Below, piece by piece: positions 12,471 to 26,478 of a stretch of 48,797 nt of DNA (its first letter is position 1; each line of letters starts with the position of its first letter). The notes below the pieces were generated by a model, which was not told where the DNA came from, made no database searches, and saw only the letters and a program-made list of their open reading frames with translations. The stretch is taken from the NCBI GenBank assembly GCA_013115145.1, contig JAAPAO010000238.1:1-48797 (forward strand), given 5' to 3'. Made by a program: the position numbers and the translations under genes. Origin of the DNA: Perkinsus chesapeaki ATCC PRA-425. Lineage: Eukaryota > Protista > Perkinsozoa.

Positions 12471-13991
12471 CTTCCTTAAGAAGGGGAAAGCTTTAACTAA
12501 ACTGACCAATAACTCTAAAGGATGATGAGCAAGAACACCACGAAGTAGGTAATGATCTGAGAAACTAGGAGAACAAGAAGTAATATATTTCGCCTTCCAT
12601 AATGTAGGTAGGATGTGAATCATATGGACGATGGACGATAACCCCTCAGCTGATGGCATCGGTCTATCATAAAGGAATTCCTGAACATTCTTATGTAATC
12701 TAAAACACGAATTTCGACACCAGTGGAGCATGCTCCATGTAGAGCATGTGCAGCAGTTCCGCACGGGAAAACTCTTTATCATCTAGAACTGAAGCGGAGT
12801 GGTTAGTTATTAACGCGTATTCCTCAGTGTTAAACTGACAGTGTTGAGAACTAACTTTGTAACGAGTCATCAGTAGGCGGATTTAAATTGCCTAATCTCT
12901 CAAGCTCTGAAGCTGCACATGGAATGGATAGTCTAACTAAGCCAATTTTCGGCGTTGGACTATAAACTCACACACACGCCTAATTATTAGTAATGAGTTA
13001 CGGTACTCTTAGATGAGTGACACCAAGGCTTACGCATGCGTGCTCAACTCTGGGCTGAGCTAGTACACATTGTCTCCAGACAGTCGCTAGACATCTGTAG
13101 ACAATCATCAAAGGGTCAAGGAAAAGTATCATTCAGGTCCTCTCACACTCGTACGTATCACGGCTTCCAATCGATCGAAGGAGGCTTTCTGTCGGCATGT
13201 TACGGATAATAACCGTCTCAATCCGTTTTTTTCTGTGTTCTGCACTGATATGGTAGCCCAGTATCGAACAGTACAGTATTAACCCTATTACCCCTCCAGG
13301 TTAACTCTATCGTCACCAGTGTGAGACAATACAGTCGTCTGATCGTCAGGCCTACACAGTGGATCGCATATAAGTCTGACGACAAGTCCGTATTTCCGCG
13401 TTGTAGTTGGTTTTTTCGGATAGGAGGGACAATTCTCGGTGTCACGAAGCTTCGTGAGACATCCGAGTTTCAACAGACCCCGCTTTCCGAATGGCCCTTG
13501 GACAAGATCGATTTTGCCATGAAGCTTTAGTAACAATACCCGCCTTGCACGCAGCGATATATTCTCACTGGGTTGCGGAGTATTCTGCTGTCAAACCACT
13601 CGACAGTGCTTACTCGTCCTGACCCCAGACGAAAAATCCATGTCGCTCGGAACTTCTCAATACTAGAGACTGAATGAGACGGAACTTCCTGCTTTCCTAC
13701 GTGACTTGCTTTTGTGACTGCTTGCCATCCGCTTCTCTAAGTTATATCCATAAAGTATAATGTGCTGTTTTTTTTTCGCTTTTTCGACATGTTGCGTAAC
13801 AGTGAAGTCACAAGAACATTTATTCTCGCAATATGCGTGACATGAATTCCTTGTGTTATCGAACGGATGTAAATAAGACTTGACCAATGTCTGTGATATG
13901 ATATCAATCAGTTACGGCATTAATAGTTATTACTCCAAGCAAGGGAAATACACTATCTTTAAGGCCATCCTTGAATGAAGTACTTGAAGAT

Positions 13992-14851
13992 ATGAAACGT
14001 CGAGCAACAGTCGAGGCACGACTCCGTGATGCGGTAGAATATATTATTATAGAAGATGAGGAAGCCCTCATTTAGGCTTCTATTCATGATAAGTTACGAC
14101 TGGATGTGGTTGACTGTCAGGATGAACTCTCAACTCAAGTCAATCGTCGATCAACCATCAATCGATATTGGCGTGACAGATATCAGAAACTTGAAGAAGA
14201 ATTAATTGATTATCGTAACAACGCGGAATCCGTAAAGTAGGTAATTTGTCGACAGGGTTCGAGTATTACTCCCAATAGGCTGGAAAACTGCTTACTGAAA
14301 GAGGATAATGAAAAGTTGAATTCAGAGGTGGATAAACTTCGTAGTGAGGTAGCGAACATCACAGGAATCCACAGCAAGCTTTGGTTCAGATCGACCGCTT
14401 GAAGCTATCACTAGAGACGAAGAATGCAGGCGAAGACGAGCAGGCCGATGGTAGAATTGTCCTCATGTCAATTTCTACTTCCCCGTAAGCGTTTTCAGTT
14501 AGCAGAAACCCCAATGATAGTAACCGACCAACGGAGGCGTCCAATAATAACAAACTGGGAATGTCTTGTTATGTCACAACGCAACATTCCTCGATGGAAT
14601 GCCCTTCAACTTCGCATACCACCGCAATCGGAAAGTTATTCAAGAGCTCACAATTCCATAACCAAAGGCAAAGGATTGCACCATTTGGAGGAATGTCGCC
14701 TCAACTATCGAAGCAGCAAAGCATGCCTCCTCTTGGACGCTACAACCACTCCCTTTTGCATCACTCCTACGAGCATTTCGTGGCTAATCACAACGACTCC
14801 AGCAAAGCAATGTATAATGCCCAGAATAACACAAAGTCCAATCCACTCTGA
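13992..14851 (+). CDS. Hypothetical coiled-coil protein X1, copy A (5 exons; start uncertain)
   Basis: Spliced frame MKRRATVEARLRDA|ASIHDKLRL...KLEEELIDYRNNAESVK|LENCLLKEDNEKLNSEVDKLRSE|QALVQIDRLK...|VSRNPND...KSNPL*. The frame is conserved in copy B. Confidence 0.55.
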
Positions 14852-14929
14852 ACCATAAATCATGAATTCCATTACTAGCATCATGGGTAAATACTTATTC
14901 AACTGGAAAGGAAGAGTCGAGTTAGAAAA

Positions 14930-15690
14930 CTAATGATAGCATTTACACAACTGGGCATAGTCAACTAACCCGTCATCAGGTTAAATCTCTCTGTGTGTTT
15001 ATGTCATCTGTTCTAGAAGCCGATGGTTATTCTACCATAGATGAGGCTTCAAGGAGGGAAAGGGATGCCTGCCAGTCAGTCGCTCGTCCACCTCAATCTT
15101 TACGCTCTCCATCCTCTTTTCCTTGAGGGAGACTATTGATGAATCAGATACCGTCTTTTGCGTCGAAGTCGTATTGCCGCGGTTGGACGATCACACACAT
15201 CGATCGATGACTCTTCCCGCCTGCCTTGCGTATTATCTTTGAAGGAAGACGAGGATTCCGACATATGTGCGAACACAGCTAGATTGAGGCTCTCAAGGTT
15301 ACGAAGTAGCTCTTCGGCATTCATCCGAAATTGATGTAGGATGGCATGCCGTGCGAAGATTCGTCCCATTTTTAAGAATGACGTGGCCGAGCAAGAGAAA
15401 GGACCGAAAGGTCTAACAAAAAGCTATGCATTGGCTGAAGTGAAAGAAAACGTTGCCGAGGACCCTTCAGAAGGTAGAAGTTCTATGAAATCCTTTGAAA
15501 GACTACGTGTTTATAGATTTAGTCGTAGAATCCAACGGAGATCCTCCAAAGGCTGGTCGTCGCACTGAGGTGACAGCAGATGACGATTTGGCTCTTACGA
15601 TAAGGTTAATTAGTATTGATCTACTTTCATAACAATTCTCTTTTTTCAGGACTACTGCATCGCTGATATGATTGGCACTCGAAAGAGACA
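14930..15690 (+). pseudogene. Hypothetical spliced gene X2, copy A, disabled
   Basis: Exons EADGYSTIDE...|...RLRLSR|MACRAKIRP...EDPSE|DLVVESNG...LTIR|TTASLI*. TGA stands where copy B has CGA, followed by an approximately 290-bp deletion. Confidence 0.4.
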
Positions 15691-16042
15691 AATATCTATA
15701 ACTGGACTACTGACTTCGACAATGTTCATTGGCATCCCCAAGCGAAGGGATAATAATATTTTCTTATCATAATGAGGTGAGATGAGACGAACTGTTTGCC
15801 ACTCCTTTTCTCCTTCATTTGCGAGTGTTTTAGTATTTATGTTGGGGAACAGTCTTCACAGTTCTTAACATCTGATCTACCCTACGAGTAGTTATTTATG
15901 ATTTATTGTCCTCTCTCGAAAAAGCGATCAATCAGTTAGCCAGTCACGAAAGAGAGTGACCGATCACTCACGTACTAGTGGGTTAGTTCAGTTACAAAGT
16001 GCCAAGAAGGGACAGGATATATCCGATAAAGTATCGCTTGAT

Positions 16043-16406
16043 CATATTGAAGCCCCTACAATCGTTCCATCGTTAACACATGTTCAGTATGTGCAGGAGT
16101 ACAATACACACTTCTTAATTGGCGGGGTTGCGTATCTGATCCAGTATAGTAAGCTCCTTTAGTTATCATCTCCATTTCTGTTGGTTAATAATGTCTCTCA
16201 TCTCCTTCATTGCCATCATCTCTTTTCTACTTAATTCTGTTCAAGCTGGTTCTGCCATTATGATCGCGGATAAGCTTCTTCGTGCAAGTGGTGAACATTG
16301 TCAACGCATTTGTGATGAACGTCCTGATTGTATCTTCATCTATTGCGGTGAGAATCATAAATGCCACAATCTTAAAGAGATTGGTACCGCCGTTGATATT
16401 CCTTGC
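16043..16406 (+). repeat. Duplicated unit Z, copy A (paralogous to 44840-45208)
   Basis: Upstream region and coding sequence align with 44840-45208. Confidence 0.9.
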
Positions 16407-16409
16407 TAA
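16191..16409 (+). CDS. Small secreted cysteine-rich protein (72 aa), copy A
   Basis: Hydrophobic signal peptide (MSLISFIAIISFLLNSVQA) followed by six Cys (C-x3-C-x5-C-x4-C-x5-C-x13-C). The ORF is conserved in the second copy. Confidence 0.65.
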   Translation: MSLISFIAIISFLLNSVQAGSAIMIADKLLRASGEHCQRICDERPDCIFIYCGENHKCHNLKEIGTAVDIPC

Positions 16410-17524
16410 GGTCTGAACCTGTTGCACACTATTCCTTGTGTGTGCAACTTTTGATGTATCCGTAATTGCATAGATTTTTTCTCTCTGCACTTCTTCTTTG
16501 ACTTTTCCCTAGTTATTTCCTAAAGTATGATGTCTCAGTTATAATTCTAAATCTTGAGCGTGTTGTGTACTCAGTTCATGGTCGTAGTAACAGGCACTTC
16601 TCGTGCGTATCACCACTTGTAGCGCGTGAAATAATTAATCGGGATATAGGGAAGGCCTGCACGTGCCTAGCTAAATGCTAGCTTAGATACCTTGTATGAA
16701 CATGCATGTGGTCGAGGGTCGATAACAGCTTTCGAATGGTGTTGGTCTGAGATATTAACAAAGTTATAATAAAAAGTTACTGGGGGTGGGTTCTCGTTTA
16801 ATTAACACCTTGTAATACATCAACTACGAATATCTTCTACAAATAACGAGGGAAACAGTTTAGAGTGTCAAAAAGATCCCTCGTGTTGAAAGGAACGAGG
16901 CATCCATTGGTAGAGGAGGTGATCCTAGTCAGTTGCAGTGTGATGAGCATTCCCTAGATTTTTCGACTCAACATTTAATTTGAAAGCACCTACTCTTGAA
17001 TAAGTAATATTGACCCTGGGATAGGCTCCTACTAGGAATCCATCCCAGAAGACTAGGAGCTTCCTAGTCTTCTCAGTTGGTCACATAGCCTTAACTATTG
17101 ATGTGGTATTTCAATATAAATTGCAGGTGTGCAAGACTATCAACTCCATAAGCTCGTCACTAACTCATAACTACATCTTAGTTGAGCCATAGCTGCTCAT
17201 TTTTTCTTGTTCAGGTTTATTGGTCCCGGTCAACTATCGATTGGAAATACATCTACGGTCGTGGTATTGCTCTTGTATTCATTCGCGTTTATGTTAGTTT
17301 TCTATGTTCATGTGGTGGTCAGTCAACTATCGACTGCCAACAATAAACAGGTTAATGGGCGTCTTGCAAAGTAACTTTTCTAACTCAACAACTCACTTTT
17401 TGTAACAAACCAGTCTAATAGTGACTTTTTATCACACTTCACCATTGAATGGTTCGAAGTAATAGTCTTCTATTTGCTACCATTAAAATAATAATATTTG
17501 AAAGCATTGCCTATTGGCGGGCAT

Positions 17525-19736
<2,212 letters not shown>

Positions 19737-20520
19737 TTGGTAGCAGTGATAACGTTATTATAAAAACCTCGGTAGAATACGTAATGTGTCACAACTATTC
19801 CTCGAGGATGAAAGCTTAGGACAACAGCCCAACACAATAATAACCCACAAACAACTTCTGGATCCATCACCGCCGCTTCACTATTCGTGTGCATGCGTGC
19901 TACTAATTTATTAACCAGTCCAACCAGCGACGTCCAATGAAGTGAATCAATCAGTAATAATCGACTATACAAAAGAAGGTGACGAAAGGTTTATTATTGC
20001 TGCTGACTCAAGACTATTTTCTTGATCATTTTTGTGACATCCAGCGCCAAGCTGTTGTCCCACCATTGGGAAGTCTACAACACAACAATTGTCCCCAAAA
20101 ATAAATTATCTAAATCAACGGGATGGGGGTAACCGTTTCCTTAATTAAACTTCCCCCGATTATAAATCATTATTAACAGAACTGAATTATCTAGTCTTGA
20201 CAGCAGCAGTATTAAGCAGCAGATGGAGGAGTCCTCGAGGAGGCAAGGGAATGTGTATTGATGATGGTGGTGGTATTGTACCTAAAGACGATGACGTAAA
20301 AAAGCTGGGTTGTTGTTGTTGTTGTCGGCATAGTATTCTATTTAATCACTAATATCTAACATTATATAACAAATGAGATAGGCATTTATCAGAATTGTGA
20401 ATGAGTTGGCCAGTATACGAAGATGGAGAAGAAGACCGGGCCGCCGCTGCCTTCAATGGATATTAACAACAGTGAAATTGAAATGTATTGTCTCTAGTGT
20501 GACAGAGATACATGAAATGA

Positions 20521-21949
20521 TCAAATGTACTGCTGCTGCTGCATGCTGCTGGTCCTCTTATTACTATCACCCGCTGTAGTAGTAGCAGTGCTGCCTCCTC
20601 TTCCTCTTTTTGTTGTTGTACTTAATAACATGATGATCTTAGTCTTAATCCAGTTAGACACCACAGATCGATATGCTCCTCCTAATAACATTTCTGAGCA
20701 GGAGGTAAAAGAAGTAGAAGGATTCCTTCGCAGTTTAAGTCGTCGTCTTTTAACCAATGCTGCAGTTATAGCGGTGGTAAGATGATAAACTATCATTGAT
20801 GCTAGAAAAGCAGTTGTCAATGGATGCCTAAACGACATATGACGGGATCGAACCTGTGCCTCATACCTTCGGCAAAGTGACACTAAAGATTCCATGCAAG
20901 TATTATCAGCCAAACAGCCTTCCAATTCCTTTATATCAGCAACTGAAGTTGCGCCTCTACCGGATACCTGCTGAGGCAAGCTCATCATCATCACCCATTC
21001 CAGATCACCGGGGTTCGATCCCCAGGTAAGGCATTTTTACTGTTCCTGCGACACTCGACGACGCTACTGCAGCAGCACATCCCATATCTCTGAGAACCGT
21101 CCTCACCAAGTCGTCCAAAGACGATGTTCGACGTTGTAAAGGACCTGTAATATAAATGATAATATAAAAGTTAATGGAAAGTCCAACATGTTGCAGACGA
21201 TGATGATGAGGATGATGATGATATGATAACACTTTCCTCTGTAACCAGATCGGATAGATTAACCGCACTATTGTTATCATTGAACCTGAACATGCTTCTT
21301 GCTGAATATATGTGAATATAGTTTAATATGACATAACCTACTCATTCTCTATTATTATCTGTCTTGTCTTTACTTTGGTAATATCTCTAATAACCTTCTT
21401 CTCTCCCTCTTCTTGTGCATCATCATCATCCTTAATACTTATCATTGTCAGTGTACTACTATCTGGTCTGAGTAAATCACGTACAGTGGCGGCCCAATCT
21501 TTGTCTGATGAGAATAACAACAGAAATAGTGGAAATAACAACAATAAAAGCTGTGTTGTTTTTACCCGAATCAATACAAGCATTCTCTCTTAACATTAAT
21601 GCCAAACGACGCTCTCTTTCCTCGATAATTGACCCACTAGATGGTATTGAATCGATCTTAACTGAAGCTAGATCGACGTAGCCACCGTCTCCTGCATCAT
21701 GATGATCAGCAACCTAACAATTCCGTAAAGGCATCCATAAGTGATAGTAATAGTTGCTATTGTTACCATTGTCCAGGATCGAGCCCCCTCTTCATCTGTA
21801 CCCTCATCTATCGATGTATCAGATGATGCTTGATTATCGGGGGAATGAGTGGAATGTAGACTAACTACTGTTATTTCTGGAGTTACTGACAATATCGTTA
21901 TAGATTCATTATCATCATCATTATCTATAAATGGTATATGTAGCATCAT
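20521..21949 (-). CDS. Hypothetical multi-exon protein
   Basis: ORF-track fragments join in frame through GT-AG introns (e.g. WTM|VADHHDAG, VAGT|QVSGRG). No recognisable domain. Confidence 0.5.
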
Positions 21950-22065
21950 TATTATTATTAAACTAATTTAGTGAACAACTATAACAAGTCCAGCAAACTC
22001 AAAGACAGTAATAAGTGTTGAATCAGAGAACTTGTTGTTGTTATTATTAATGTTGAGATAGTAGT

Positions 22066-23891
22066 TTAATAACCAGATGTAATACTAACTCGATTAGGCA
22101 AATGAGTAGGAGATACACCAGATACAAATTTCTCAAGAATATCGCGGAATAAATCGACAGTGAGAGTCACGTAATCATCGGTGTAGTCGGCACAATGTGA
22201 ACTTATTAGCATCCTAAAAATAGTGACTCGTTACTGGTAGTGGTAATAAACTAATGAGGTCAACTATGTTCGGATATGCTTATTACTTATCAGGTCCGAG
22301 AGTCCACAACTTTGATTCTGGGTTTAGTGGCTCATTCTCAAAGACGTCCAATGCTGCCGATGCAGGTCCACGATGAGGTGTCGATAAAGCAACATATAAA
22401 GCATCTTCATCAACACACACTCCACGTCCAATTGATATAAAAACAGCTGATGGTCTCATAAGGCAGAACTCCTAAATATGCCATGTGCCGGGATCGAACC
22501 TACGACTTACATGTGATCCACAAAAGTGTTTAGTTTCAGCCGTACCAGGAAGGGAACAGATAATGAAGTCCGACTCTCGAAACAACTAAGAGAGAAATTA
22601 TACAATCGATTGTTATGATCTATCGATACTAATTAATTTACTTTATTTTTCTCTTCAAGTACACCTACATTTAAAACCTCATCAGCAAGCTCATTACCAG
22701 GAACAGCAGCATTAGTATTATTACGAAGTGCTACTATTCTCATACCTGCAATAGTAGTAGTTATTCGATAGTATTGAAATATAATGATACCTACCGAGGG
22801 GTTTACACACCTTAGCTGTCTCTTGGGCAATACTACCAAACCCAACAAAACCAACAGTTTTACCCTTAACAACCGGCATCTTGAATTTACGCCATATCTT
22901 ATCACGTTGATATCTTTCAAGGTCTGGGACCTTCTTATTGAAATGTAGAATACACATCAATGAATATCTAATATACACAAAGAGTACATGAAACAGAAAC
23001 AACAACAATAACAATACCGCCATACTAACAATAATACTTGCTAGAAGAGCGATAACTAGATGAGAGTAAGACCACGAACCTTACTGTTAGGTAATATCCA
23101 AAGCTGATTAGGGCTAATTCAAGGCGAGAGGTGGACAAGGTCTTGCGTAGTCACCTTTATCTTATAATATCAACCACCACCATCAACAACAACAACAACA
23201 ACCATTCCTCCCTCTCCCTGCTTACTCTGCTAAACTGCTTGAAAATGCCCCACGTGCATTGGTAAGTGTTACTCTATCAACATACTCACTATCTAATATA
23301 GGTGGTATAATCTTATCAACACCAGCTGCAAAGGAATGTACCCAAGATATATTATCTATACCATAGTACTTGATTAGCTCCTACAACAGTAACAAAGTTA
23401 TATGTTCCCCACAAATACAGTAGTGTAATTTCATAAATATAGTACATAGGAGGGATACTAATTATGCGCATGTTAAGGCCGGTGGGCTTGGGATACTTAT
23501 TCGTAACATGAGTAACTGTTAAGTGCCAAGGAGGAGGTAATAGCAGCAAACGTAGTAGTAATAATAATTGTTATTATTAACATACCACAATCAAGTGTGG
23601 GTCACCAGCAGCCCATACAATCATACAATCATTCTTTTTAGCTCCTACTCCTACTCCTCCACCTGCTGCTGCTGCTGGAGTTGGTAATACTGGCAACTGT
23701 TTAGTGAACTCGTTTAATGTTGAACCAAATCTATAATAAGATCATTAAATATATACCGGCTATTATTACACTAGTTGTACTGGCATGGCCGATAAGGTAT
23801 CCATAAGAATATCCTTATAAATGCAATCAACTTGCTTTTGAACTACCAGCACTGTAGTAGTGTTATCATTATTATTATTATTTGTAGACAT
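22066..23891 (-). CDS. D-isomer-specific 2-hydroxyacid dehydrogenase family protein
   Basis: WVHSFAAGVDK, TNARGAFSSSLAE, GKTVGFVGFGSIAQ, SDFIICSLPGT, FISIGRG, AALDVFENEPL and SSHCAD. Ends ITSGY*. Confidence 0.9.
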
Positions 23892-24139
23892 CGTAGATAT
23901 ATTAAGACAAGGCTAAGATACGGTGTACGAAGGCAAATGAGTAACTCAAGGCTTGTAGATATTGTTATAGCATCATCTTCAGAATTAATGGTATTAATAA
24001 TAATCAACAGCATCGTCAGCATCAGTATGAGTAGTTAGGTTAAACCCCGCCGCATAAGCGATTAATATATAGAAGTATATGTACGACCAGCTCTAATAAA
24101 TAATAAAACCTACTACTACTAGAGTATATCATTATTATT

Positions 24140-26307
24140 ACTACCTTCCTTCTTTAGGTGATACGTCCATCCTCTTGGATATATCAAACTCATCTTCGTC
24201 TTCATCTTCATTATCATCAGAAGGTATATTATTATGATGTCCACTACTACCACCATTTAATACAGCTTTTAAGCCAAAACGATAATCATGTAACATAACA
24301 ACTATAGCACAAACGTTATCAACAGTTCCTCTAGCTAAGGCTTGTTTAACAAGTGTATATGCAGCTGATCCTGGTGTAGAACGCCTTCCTAATAAATGTA
24401 ATCGTACCTGGTAATATCGCCTTAGTATGGTTTCAGGTTAATGAAGTAAGCTTATAAGTATCTTACCGTTTCAACTGCAGTTTGAGGATCCATAACCTCA
24501 AAGATACCATCACTAGCTATTATAAGGAATCTATCAACTGGTTCAACCTCTACTTCAATAACTTCTGGATCACTTATTAAACCTTCATTCTTCTTACCAG
24601 TAGCAACCACTAGATCGCCTAGGGATCTTGTTACCTACGATAATAACGTATATACATATATAACTAATATAGCAAAGCCTTGGAGTTGTTTATACACACT
24701 GCTCAAAAATGTCCAGCGACGGTCTGAATGAGTTATCGATCGGATATAAGAATGAAGCATCCAAAAATAGTTATTTCCTAAAACTTCACAAAGTGAGGAG
24801 GTCCAGGCATCAACTGAAAGTGCAGGTCATTCTGATTGGAAAGATGCCCTCCCTGGTTGGTGTAAGGTCAGCCGATCAGGTTGAGGAGAAATGCTTAGAG
24901 ATTAGGGTTCGATATTCCATTACGTTTGGTCGACAGTAATTTTCTATTTCGGATTCATCAGGTATCGTAAACCTCTAGGGAGGGCTACAATCCAGTTTCT
25001 GATCCAGTGCTACCAAGCTGCTTTATCTTTATATTTGATCGATAACTCATTCACAAGGGCGCTGGACAATATTTTAGAGCGGTGTGTATCTAGCCTACAA
25101 GAGAGGGTAAACCCAGCCCTTTGTAATAATAGTGTTAAGCGGCGGCGGCAGCGGCACAAGAAGGGCACCTATTCATGGTTAATACTTACAGCTATACCAA
25201 ATAGATAATCACCCAGTTGACCGTTATTAAAATAAGGCATAACTCTAGCTCTCTCTTCAGGTAATGGATCTTTAAGATTATGACAACTAGTTAAACATAT
25301 TGCCTAATAAATATATTGTAACATTAATAATATGCTATAATGCCTACTCTACCGCCCCTATTTAAAACTGCTTTACAATCACCTAAATTAGCAACTGTTA
25401 AAGTTACTGGTCTCCTAGATGCATCCAACATACAAACACAAGCAGTAGTGCCAGATGATAGGACTGGATAATCCTCATCCTAATAATCAATTATTCTAAT
25501 TAAGATACACTTTCTAGGCTTACCAGCTCCTCATAGTTCTCATCTATATCGTATTTAGCCTTTAGTACTGGGAATTCCTCCTTCTTTAAATATTGTGACA
25601 AAGCCTCTTCAGTTCGTTTATATCTGTTATTACTTCAACTACTACTTTATAATAAAGTCACTACCCATCAACAAATGCATCAACTCTATCTTCCTTCTTT
25701 TCAAGTCCTTTCATAATAAAACTATCAATATTATCCCTTACAAAGTTAGCTGCCCCAGGCCCACCATGACCATCAAAAACCCCAAATATGCCTAAGTAGT
25801 AGTTATTAAAGTATGTTGCCAGCAATGAGATTGGAACTACCTCCACTATGATCAGGGAATTCATGGACCATGGGGGCATCTTCCATCCTATCTTTAGGTC
25901 CAATATCCTCATAATGTCCATAAAATGTATGAGGGAAATCCATTGATAAATGGCTATCAGCAGATAGATGGCCTGAAGAGACAGGGAATGTATAAACTGA
26001 TGGAAAAAGAGTAAATTGAAAAATATGAAATAATAGACCTACTGGTAGCCGAGCTTATTGCTCTATATCGGTTCCCAAATGATGGGCTTGATTTATGCCC
26101 ATCCGAGTCTGATGATGGTGTTAAATGTAATGTTATATTAGCTGAATAAGTAATTCTTTAAATATGATAACAACACTCTTATATATTTATAGACTACCAA
26201 CCATTACCATCAACAACCCTATTATTACTATCTCCCATGCTAGCTGCTCTAGTCCTCCTAGTACTACCGGGGCTCCAACTATTATAATGATGTTGCGGAG
26301 AAGTCAT
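24140..26307 (-). CDS. Protein phosphatase 2C (PPM family); 3' end approximate
   Basis: RMED, GVFDGHGG, SSGTTAC, CKAVLNRGG, AVTRSLGD, FLIIASDGIFEVM and GTVDNVCAIVV. Spliced N-terminus starts MTSPQHHY at 26307. Confidence 0.9.
24695..25086. mobile_element. Tc1/mariner-type MITE (392 bp) inside a PP2C intron
   Basis: Imperfect TIRs of about 70 bp (CACACTGCTCAAAAATGTCCAGCG... and ...CGCTGGACAATATTTTAGAGCGGTGTG), flanked by TA at 24693-24694 and 25087-25088. No ORF. Confidence 0.8.
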
Positions 26308-26478
26308 TACAACGCAAAACCAACAACAACAAGTACATATTCATCAAGCCCTTGCGTTGTGGACTTTGTCGCTCCGCCCAACGGCCGCAGGCTCGATCCG
26401 CGGTTGAGGTATTTTTAGTGTATTTAGTTCCGTGGTGTCACGTCGTAAGATTCTAGACTAATATTCTGTTGTAGGAAG

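Larger units (their letters stand above)
13683..15838 (+). repeat. Segmental duplication unit X/Y, copy A (paralogous to 45294-47739)
   Basis: Direct alignment by eye: near-identical over about 2 kb and more diverged at the 5' end. Copy A lacks about 290 bp present in copy B. Confidence 0.95.

Noticed and set aside
13218-13536. Three overlapping ORFs of 69-82 aa
   Set aside because: Mutually overlapping with no homology signal, so none can be supported as a gene.
15133-15369. 78-aa minus-strand ORF identical in both duplicate copies (also 46750-46986)
   Set aside because: It is antisense to the spliced plus-strand X2 exons, and its conservation is explained by the recent duplication.
16940-17000. 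GTGATGA box-C-like motif suggesting a C/D snoRNA
   Set aside because: No CTGA box D or terminal stem within the expected distance, and ATGATGA-like repeats are ubiquitous here.
21010-21025. Apparent CCCC frameshift between ORFs 21005-21280 and 20521-20994
   Set aside because: A 67-nt phase-0 intron (GTAAAAATG...CCTCAG) joins VAGT to QVSGRG in frame.
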